DNA of 64,000 nucleotides from Macrostomum hystrix. Its lineage: Eukaryota > Animalia > Platyhelminthes. The first letter of the stretch is position 1, and each line of letters opens with the position of its first letter. Below are positions 48,018-57,900 of the stretch, one piece after another. The notes beneath the pieces were generated by a model. It did no database searches and was not told where the DNA came from. It saw nothing but the letters and a program-made list of their open reading frames with translations. The translations under genes were made by a program, and so were the position numbers. Location of the stretch: positions 2,790,001 to 2,854,000 of the forward strand of contig CATNEN010000041.1 of assembly GCA_950097015.1 (NCBI GenBank), given 5' to 3'.

Positions 48018-49305
48018 GCTCGCGTATTCCCAAGCAATGGTATCGAAAGCGTTGGCAGACATTCCGAGCCATCAGAAATTGGTCGTGTCGTACGACATCA
48101 GCTGCAAGCTGGCCAGTCATTTCAATGATGACAGGCTGTCCTTCGCCATTCCGGCTTTCCATGCATACGGTCACAAGGAAAGCTGCCATACGAAATTCGG
48201 AATTCGATCCGTAAATGGCGCAGGTTTGACTGACGGTGAGAGCTGTGAGCGCATATGGTCTTCTGCTAGACGCTTTGGTCCGCAATTGAAAGAAATGACT
48301 CATCCAAATCGCCGCGAGTTCCTGAACTACTGGGCGGATTCGGTCAACTTCGAGAAAATTCGAACTATTAGTGAGTCATTTACTTACAGTTTTTTATTGC
48401 AAGGAAGTGAACTTTATATTTTCCGAAGCAAGATGTTTACTTTAAAATTACTTAGGCTCCTGGTTGTTTGGACGACGGCTTGTTGAGAAGCGAGCTTGGC
48501 AGCGTTTCAATTCTGATGTTCGACAGTTTTGCGTTTTGACCGAAATGAACTGTGGGTTATTAGTATACGTTTTTATGTAATAATTAAAAATTTTAAAACC
48601 AATTAGATATAAATTTGCGTAATTGAAGTTCATAATTAAAGCAAAGGCGCAATTTAATCAAAGCACAACCTTGAAATATGACTTAAAAGCCTCGGGCTTT
48701 CTGACCGCACTTTACTAATTAGAATACGTTATTAATCTGACAAAATTAATCCCTGTTATTTAATTTTTAGGTGACGTTGAAACCTTCCTAGCGTTGGCCA
48801 AAGTCTGGGAAAATGAACTTATCGAGCAATCTGTTAAGGAGAATGCCAGGACGGACCACACAGACCAGACGATTCTCGAACTTCAAGAGTTGGCTTGCGA
48901 GCGAGAATTTTTAATTTGTCGGGCAGCTAGAGAAAGTGGTCAAAAGCTCAATCGAGTCCTTAACAAACGACTCAGCAAAATATCTGCAAGGGCTAATGTA
49001 CTTCTTGAACGGTACAACGCAAGTTGTCCGCCAGGCTGTACTTTGAATTTCAACAGCATTCTGGCAACTGATAATGGTGACACTTCAATGGTGGATATCG
49101 CAAGGAAACGTCAAGCAGTTAAGTTGCTGCAGCTTCAAAGAAGAATCGAAGAGGAATCTTCTTTGGTTCAAGAGGAGGTTCGGCGGGCATCTCGCTTTTT
49201 TGTTGATGCACTCCTGCGCACGAGATCAGAAGTTGAGATCAATGCTCATCGTCCCCTGCTGACTTTAAGAGTTCTCAGGGCCAATGGAATTGAACAACTT
49301 TTAAA
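48018..49305 (+). pseudogene. KDZ transposase, C-terminal half (exons about 48018-48370, 48456-48550, 48771-49305)
   Basis: VVSYDISC, FAIPAFHAYGHKESC, GAGLTDGESCERIWS and later KRQAV..LQRRIEEESSLVQEE are characteristic of the KDZ catalytic domain; GT-AG introns. Confidence 0.85.
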
Positions 49306-49311
49306 ACAGCA

Positions 49312-51692
49312 AAACAGCACAGAAAAGGCCAAAAACATCGAGTTTGTTTTTGTCGGATGCAGTAACAAGCCCATTGCCCCGACCACCGGCTGTCCAATTA
49401 GGGCAGTGATTTCGGTTTTGCCCAGCTGGTCTGCTGAAATCGACATCGACGAAAAAACCGGACGCAAGCGGAATCGCCGCTTTTCCAGCACGTTTTCGAT
49501 GTCTTATGCCGAAGCAGCCGTCCAGCATAAGAAAAGTCGGTGTCGAGACTTGAGTTTCGGGCATCAGCGTGTTATCATCGGGATTGGGTCCTTGCGAGCT
49601 TTCACTTCGAGTGCTCGGAGTGGGATCCTAATCATTAAAGGAATCAAAATAACTTATTTACGCTTGAAAGCCGATGTACGAACACTTGCTTTGAGCTTAA
49701 GATGGCAGAAATAGTTTCACGTCACTGACGAAATGCATTACCAACTTACAAAAAAACATGCTGGACACGATGTCTTCTGTCCCCACCGAATGTCTTGCAA
49801 AAGTCGCCGAAATGCTCGAAAGCTTCCAGTGGTGTTCAATGTACGAAAAAGATTGATCTGCGCAATCGTTACAGCAAAAATGGAATAAAGACGGCTAATT
49901 TTTGTACAGAAGGAAGTTTCAGTTTTATTTACGATAGCTAGATCTGCTCGAGCCTTCAGTTACCTTCGTTGGCGGAGATAGCCAAGCGGAGCTTCTGCAA
50001 TTTTTCCATGCAGCACAGAGTGATGATAACGATGCTGTACAACTTGATGATACGCAATCGAAGAACAGCAACAAGTTGATGTGGACAGCGATAACCTCCT
50101 TGACAGTTTCGGTCAGAGGTTGCGTCGGCCAGAAGCCATGCGACAGTAGCGTGTTCCGCAATGTTAAGCACGAGCAAGACTCCACTTGCAGGGTCAATTG
50201 ACCTACAATGTTGGCAAGGGCATCAATATTTAGACAGAAGTCTTAAGAATAGCGTTAACAAATACTTAAAAATGGCCTAATTGTCTATCTGACATCAACT
50301 GTCACTTTACCTTCATCTGTTAATGCAGTCACAACTTGCGTGCTGATATCATCGCAGACACAAGTGGTTCTTCGAACCAAAAGTATTGGCGTCGAGACCA
50401 CCATGTAAGTTGTACCCTGAAAAGAACATGAAGAAATCGAAATAAAGGATGGGTCGCATTATTAAGCTTGAAGTGCAAGTTTGATCTTAATTGCAATCTC
50501 GGCTCTGTAAAATGCAATCCTTAAGTTTGACTTAGGGATACGCTAGCTTTATATAACGTGCCGAGAAATCAGTAACGTGACATTATGAAAACGCTAAATA
50601 TAAAAAACAGCAAAACAGCACAGAACTTACATCCCATATCTTCACAACATGGGGTGGACTGTGTGAGTGAGCGATATTGAGACAGTGCTCACACACTTGT
50701 AGTAGGTGACAGCTCTCGCACCTAAACTCTCCAACCAAAGCTTTACAAAGCGAGCACAGGTTATTTACTTCATTTCGAAAAAACGAGGCAAATCCATCTG
50801 CCAGCTCTGTGACTAGACTTTTCCAGCCGTCCTCCTCAAGCTCACGCCGAGTGTCATATCGACTTGGCCCACCATCGGCCTCTTCTGCAGGTGGCTCATA
50901 GTCATCATGATCCACATTTTCATCGATGTGGTCACTGCCAACAGCCGCAACAGTGACGCCAGTAACAGTCAGAAAACTAAAATTGCGTCGAAGAAGCTTA
51001 ATAAACAAAAAACTTTACACATTGCAAAGGTTCTTGCTGAGAAAAAATCGCATGCAAAGATTTCAGATCAAGGCTGACAAGTTTCGTTTTTGTTCTGCAA
51101 AAGAAACAAGCCTTAAAACGCTATCCGATTTTTGGGCTATCTATACAGTACAAGCCTATACTGCATTTGCCAAGTTTACAGCAAATTAGCAAGACTAAAA
51201 CTAAACTAAGCTATTAAAAATTACCACAAATTCCATATAAAAAGTTTTTATATGAATATCTGGGGAATCTCAAAAACTTCTAAGAATTCTTCTGGTTCAA
51301 AATCGTCGCCTTCCTCGATAGCACTAGGCGTGGGTGCATTTATTGACTTCATGTCAATATCGCTAAAATTGTGGAGGAATTAAATTACTTTATTCAATTG
51401 AATTCTAAACAATACATTATTTTAGTCAAGAGTAGTAAGATGAGCACAACAGATAAATTCATTTAAAAATTACTCATTCGACTAAATCCTGTGTTTTGAT
51501 AAACTAAATATTTGATAACGAAATAAAAGAGTTTACATCTCTTCGAGATGAAAAATGTAAAAACACGAATTTTCTAAGACTCAAAACAAACCTTTTTACT
51601 GCAGGATGTTCGATTTTTTCACGAACTTTTCTTCGCTTTGGCGCATGAAATATGACTTCCTTACTGGTACTGACTAGATATTTTTTTGACAT
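49312..51692 (-). pseudogene. KDZ transposase, N-terminal half (exons about 51692-51592, 51362-51270, 50976-50631, 50416-50311, 50202-49964, 49857-49750, 49627-49312)
   Basis: Spliced frames give CSLC..FRCESC..VCEHCLNIAH..H..KIWDG, CSC..LLSHGFWP, CPAC, then FLMLDGCFGIRHRK and KLDVFGLFCAV (CxC cluster plus first catalytic Asp). Phases are consistent for the last five exons; the first two exons are less certain. Confidence 0.8.
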
Positions 51693-51874
51693 TGCAATTA
51701 ATCTGAAAAGCAGTGTAAAGTGATGTAAATAAACGTTCAAATAGACAATCAATATTACTATCGAAATCATTTTATAGTATTTAATAATTAGTAAGTAATA
51801 GTAATTGGTAATGTAAGGAACTAAATTACTCCTGCCTCCACATTCCCGTATCCCATATCCAGCCAGAAACTGCT

Positions 51875-52647
51875 AGCGCCACCAGCTAGCACTACCAGCT
51901 AGCCCTACCAGCTATCTCCTAACCGCTCTATTATCTAGCCCCGTCCTAGCAACCATCCAGCCCTACAAGCTAGCCCCTACCAGCCCTACAAGCTAGCCCG
52001 CACCAGCCCTACAAGCTAGCCCGCACCAGCCCTACAAGCTAGCCCGCACCAGCCCTACAAGCTAGCCCGCACCAGCCCTACAAGCTAGCCCGCACCAGCC
52101 CTACAAGCTAGCCCCTACCAGCCCTACAAGCTAGCCCATACCAGCCCTACAAGCTAGCCCGCACCAGCCCAACCAGCTCAACCAGCTAGCCCCTACTAAC
52201 TAGCCCTACCAGCTATCACCTAACAGCTCTACTATCTAGCCCCTACTAGCTATCCCCTAACAGCTCTACTATCTAGCCCCTAGGCTACCAGTTATCCCCT
52301 AACAGCTCTACCATCTAGCCCCTACCAGCCTGCCCCTACTAGCTAGCCCTACCAGCTATCCCCTAACTCTATTATCTAGGCCTATGCTAGCTGCTACCAG
52401 CTATCCCCTAACAGCTCTACCATCTAGCCCCTACCAGCCTGCCCCTACTAGCTAGCCTTACCAACTATGCTATCCCCTAACTCTATTATCTAGGCCTATG
52501 CTAGCCACTACCAGTTATCCCCTAACAGCTCTACTATCTAGCCCCTACTAGCTATCCCCTAACAGCTCTACCATCTAGCCCCTACCAGCCTGCCCCTACT
52601 AGCTAGCCCTACCAGCTAGCCTACTACAAGCTCTACTATCTAGCCCC
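51875..52647 (-). repeat. C-rich (inverted) minisatellite of the KDZ right arm, including a 23-bp unit x9 at about 51957-52165
   Basis: Reverse complement of the left-arm modules, plus CCAGCCCTACAAGCTAGCCCGCA repeats at period 23. Confidence 0.93.
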
Positions 52648-53506
52648 TGCCTATTTATTGCCTTAGACAGGCAGGCTATATTAGCTTATGAAATGGACTG
52701 TATATATAGATTATAGAGCTATGGACATTTGATTTTATATTTAATAAATTATATGTAAAAGCCTTGGTTACTTATGCATATAGACATTGCAATGGCATTG
52801 GAATAATTTATGGTTATTTATTTAAGCCTTTGACTATAGCTATAAGCCTAGTATGTGATAGTAAGCTAGCTGAATTATTCATTTACAAGTCAATACATAG
52901 AAGTAATTATAAATTTAGGGGATCAGGTACATCAACAATTTAAATTGGGCCTAAATCCAAAAAGAAAGCTAATAGGCCTAGCTAATATTAGGCCTAATAT
53001 TAATACTTGCCCATTTAAGACAGCTAGAAATACAATTTTAGTTCAAATAATACTATACAGGCATGCAGCTAAACTAGTTCTAGCCTTTTTATTAACTAAC
53101 TGACAGTTTTGTTCAAGCCAATTATCGATTCTATTGTGCACCATTGGACCACTAAATAGATATCATAAAGGATTACAATAATGCAGTAGAGAGCTTCTCT
53201 TCTATCTTGAATTGTCAAGAGTCTTTTTGGCATTTAGAATAGATTCTCACATTTAAATACTGTACAAATTAAAATACTACTACTAAAAATACATTTATAT
53301 ATAGCTAATTGCTATATAACTACTTGCTATATAACTAATACTAAGCGTCTATTTCTGCAGTGTAGCGTAGATCCTCCCTATTAAATTGGACTATCGAGCC
53401 TAATTAAACTGAAAGAGCATGCTCTTAGAACACGGAGCATGCGCCGAGTAGCCTATGATGCGCTCCTCGTGCATGCTCCGAAATCGTTTCTTAGGCTGAC
53501 TACCGT

Positions 53507-53927
53507 CGTGGTTTCGTCTTTGAAGCCGTTCGGCCTCCTTGGCCGTGATCTTTTAGATTCCGACTCTCTCTTTCACACCAACTCTCAAGCTCCGAGCCCC
53601 ACAGTTGCAGCTACAACGCTGCCCACCATCAAGGGCATCAAGGCACAGATGGAGCTGGTTGAAGGCGCTCGATCCCAGTTCTGCCGTGCTCGTCCGGTTC
53701 CAATCGCACTAGAGAAGCAAGTCAACGCAGAGTTGAACCGGCTGCAGCTGCTTGGCATCATCGAGCCTGTGGAGGGTCCTGTGAGCAACGCTTCTCCGGT
53801 CGTCTGGATCAAGAAGAAGGACGGGACGTTGCGCATGTGCGCCGATTACAAGGTCCATGTGAACGACAAAATAAAGCCAGAGTCATACCCTATTCCAAGC
53901 ATCGAGCACCTCTTTGGCAAGTTAAAT
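53507..53927 (+). mobile_element. Captured Ty3/Gypsy pol fragment (protease end to RT start) inside the right TIR
   Basis: LLGRDLL...ARPVPIAL..VNAELNRLQLLGIIEPV..ASPVVWIKKKDGTLRMCADYKVHVN..YPIPSIEHLF; no LTRs; different sequence from the Gypsy at 33.5 kb. Confidence 0.88.
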
Positions 53928-54967
53928 CTAAGGAGGATCTATTCTGTAGCGTAGATCCTCCCTATTAAATTGGACTATCGAGCCTAATTAAACTGAAAGA
54001 GCATGCTCTTAGAACACGGAGCATGCGCCGAGTAGCCTATGATGCGCTCCTCGTGCATGCTCCGAAATCGTTTCTTAGGCTGACTACCGTGTCAACACGG
54101 GTGGCTATGCAATGCAGCGCATGTAAGGCATGGGCACGTTGTTTTAAAGGTCTCAAGACACACAAAATAAAATTCAATACTTGACAAGTAATTACATCAT
54201 AAAACAAATTTTGGACATGGATAGGTGGTCTTTTTGTTTAACTGCTCAACAAAAAATAGCAGCTCTTTTTAAAACAACAGTTTCTTAGAACAATTTCATA
54301 TATAATTTGAGAATAGTTCGCGCTTCGATAATTAAAGCGACAAAGCCTAGTTGGGCCGTTTGAACTGCGAGTGGCTCAGTATTTTTTTCTATAAATTGTA
54401 TTGTTTAATAAAGAGTTAAGACCTAGGCTATTGTCTACCTGGGTCGTGACACTTTCGGTAAGCTCTTAGACTAAGTTGTTGGATCTAGCAGTTTGTCTTT
54501 GCATGCATTTTTTTTAATTTAATTTTTGAATATTTTTTATGCTGTGTAAGATTTGTTCCGAATCTGTTTATTATTAATTTTCTTCTCTTATGGACAAACA
54601 CAATTTGATGTTCCAACCAATTTAATTTTTTATACATTTACTGATTAAAAAAGAAAAGTGTTGCTACTTATTTCATGTTTTCAAGAAATATTGCAAGTTT
54701 CCCATTTTTTAGTTCTAACTAAAACATCCTTAATAGATATCGAATTCAATTGCTTTGCTCGATTTTGAGCACCAAAGAACATTATTTTTATACTTCAGAA
54801 GACAAAAGTCTTGTTCATGGATGCTTTGATACACACTTGATACACTATTAAATATAGGTTTAAAGTTATATTTGGACTTGGACTCAATGTTTTAGAGCAG
54901 CTTTGAATCTAAGGCATGGCTTGTGTAATTCTAAGCAAAAAATAGTAAACAAACTTCAGGTCACGAA

Positions 54968-57900
54968 ATGAAAGCCTTCTTCCGACACATTTACCTGCTA
55001 CAGTGGAAGAATGCCAAACTCAAGCAGCGGAATAAAGTATGTTGACAAAAATTGCTGATATATTATATCACTGATGCATTCTCTACGGTGTTCTCAAATT
55101 CTTCACTCTGCCCCCCCTCAGGTGCGGACACTGTTCGAGGTAATCGCGCCGCTGTTCTCCTTTCTGATTCTCATTGCGGTGCGCCAGTCGCAGAATTTCT
55201 ACCAACAGTCGCCAGACTGCCAGTTCAAGCCGGCCGCCCTGGCCTCGAACGGCCCGCTGGCCGCGCTGCGCTCCTTCTGCTTCCTGGGCGTCTGTCGTCA
55301 AGGCAACCAGTCGCTTTACATTGACTCTGGCCTGCTGAATGACACCGAGTGAGGCTTTTTGATCAGTTTTGCCATGGGGTGAACATGGGATCTGTGCCCG
55401 CTTCACCTCTCCCTCAGCCAGTGTCCGTGCCCGCTTCGCCTCTCCCTCAGCCAGTGTCCGTGCCCGCTTCGCCTCTCCCTCAGCCAGTGTCCGTGCCCGC
55501 TTCGCCTCTCCCTCAGCCAGTGTCCGTGCCCGCTTCGCCTCTCCCTCAGCTAGTGTCCGTGCCCGCTTCGCCTCCCCAAGGTGAGGGGCTCACGGGAGGT
55601 CTCCAGCTGGCACAATATTACATCCTGTGACGGAAATCCGTATTAAAAAATCTGCCTGAACAAGCCTATTAAGCTGTCAGATGAACCCAGCCTAGTGCGC
55701 ACTTCACCCACCCCCGCCCCAGTCCTGTCCGTTTATCCTTGCAATCGCACCTGCTATCAATTGCAATTGCTCTCTCTCTTGTGGGCGCACCGAGACAGCC
55801 CTGCCCGCACGCTGTACGTCACAGCTGCGTCCCGTGCACTTTGGCCCGCCTTATCTCTCACGGCTCTCTGGCTCGGGCTTGGGCCTTTAGCCAGCTGGCG
55901 GCTTATCAGCAGCTATGGGACTGCTCCATTCTGGCCGCATTTGTCACCTGCGTGCTGTACCTTGGTCTCCTCACCTGTACGCTTATTGCCTGCGCTCTGT
56001 CCTCATCGCTGCTTATCTCCCACGACTCCCAACCTCCTCGCCTGCTTGCCATCATATTCGTCCCCTAAAATCTGTGGTCTAATTTTTTTAATTCGTCACC
56101 TTTTTCTTTCACACAATTTTTATTAACATGTTTTTTAACCTGCAAATAAACTTAATCGTAGGACTATGGGCACCCTTGGCACATCATTTGGTGACAGTAG
56201 ACCCGCAGCCAAACTATGGGCACCCTTGGCACATCATTTGGTGACAGTAGACCCGCAGCCAAACTATGGGCACCCTTGGCACATCGTTTGGTGACAGTAG
56301 ACCCGCAGCCAGACTATGGGCACCCTTGGCACATCATTTGGTGACAGTAGACCCGCAGCCAGACTATGGGCACCCTTGGCACATCGTTTGGTGACAGTAG
56401 ACCCGCAGCCAGACTATGGGCACTGGCACATCGTTTGGTGACAGTAGACCCGCAGCCAGACTATGGGCACTGGCACATCATTTGGTGACAGTAGACCCGC
56501 AGCCAGACTATGGGCACTGGCACATCATTTGGTGACAGTAGACCCGCAGCCAAACTATGGGCACCCTTGGCACATCATTTGGTGACAGTAGACCCGCAGC
56601 CAGACTATGGGCACTGGCACATCATTTGGTGACAGTAGACCCGCAGCCAGACTATGGGCACCCTTGGCACATCATTTGGTGACAGTAGACCCGCAGCCAG
56701 ACTATGGGCACCCTTGGCACATCATTTGGTGACAGTAGACCCGCAGCCAGACTATGGGCACCCTTGGCACATCATTTGGTGACAGTAGACCCGCAGCCAG
56801 ACTATGGGCACTGGCACATCATTTGGTGACAGTAGACCCGCAGCCAGCGGAGGCAATTCTGCCTATTTCGCTGACTCCCAAACACACACTCACACATGTG
56901 TGTATATCTGCCCCGACTTTCTCATCGTTAGGCAGTTGCACTGTGCCTTGCAGGTTGGCCCTCAAGGGCGTACATTGCACAGCAAGACCCGATGCCTTCA
57001 CTCCTCAATTGCCACCCGCCCCTTATAATTATTAGCCCGGTAGAAGTTGCAGATTGTCTTAGAGCAGGGGTGCAGCGCCGTTCAATTGTTTTCTAACAAT
57101 GCGAGCTACCCAGCTGAGACTCGTTCTGGACATTGTGCCATGCGAGTCTGCGGAAGGCAACGAGTGCTCAGGAGAGTCCTTGGATCTCAGCTCTGCTGCC
57201 TTAATGGCTACCTGGGCCATGAAATTCTCTCTGTTTTAGCCCGCCGACCTATATTTCCATCCACTCCAAGTAGCTCTGCTGCAGGACAAGCTCGCTTGAA
57301 ATGCTTGCCTGCTTGCTTATAGCCATTGTGCGCACCCTTCACGTCACTAACTAACCAGTTGCTGCTGAGTGCTATTGTCTACCAGTAGTATTTCTTGCAC
57401 CAGGAAACTGTACTCTGAGACTGTCAGACAGTGGCATCTAGACACAATTACATGTTAGTCAAATTGAGTGCGAATGAACTAAAAAATTAAAGCTGATTGA
57501 GTGACTTATTTGAGAAGGGCTCCTTGTTTTTCTGCACTTTTTCGTGCTAATCGTTTTCCTGTACTAATGCTATTGAACCAAAGCTTGGGCTTTGTGGTTA
57601 AGGTGGAAATCGATGCTATTGTTAATTAGTTTATGATTCAATTCTCAGGTATCGAAACATCTCGACAACCCTGAAATTTATCAACGACGCGCTGACTAAC
57701 CCCACTGTGAAGATGATAACCGGGGCCCTTGGCACCCTGCCCAGCAACTGGAGTGACCCCAGTCGTAAGTGTTGCGAGTGTCTGCTGTCACCTGTTGCGA
57801 GTGTCTGCTGTCACCTGTTGCGAGTGTCTGCTGTCACCTGTTGCGAGTGTCTGCTGTCACCTGTTGCGAGTGTCTGCTGTCACCTGTTGCGAGTGTCTGC

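Larger units (their letters stand above)
44816..54103. mobile_element. KDZ-class (Kyakuja/Dileera/Zisupton-like) DNA transposon, 9288 bp, with very long TIRs
   Basis: Termini CACCCGTGTTGAC...GTCAACACGGGTG, flanked by direct repeat GCTATGC (44809-44815, 54104-54110). 44829-46116 is the near-identical inverse of 52219-53506. The internal exons encode CxC and KDZ transposase motifs. Confidence 0.88.

Noticed and set aside
48794-49714. 306-aa ORF as one protein
   Set aside because: Only the part up to about 49305 is sense transposase; the rest is the antisense of the minus-strand exon.
55626-56098. Possible solo LTR or MITE (TGTGACG...CGTCA)
   Set aside because: Terminal similarity is short and no TSD was found.
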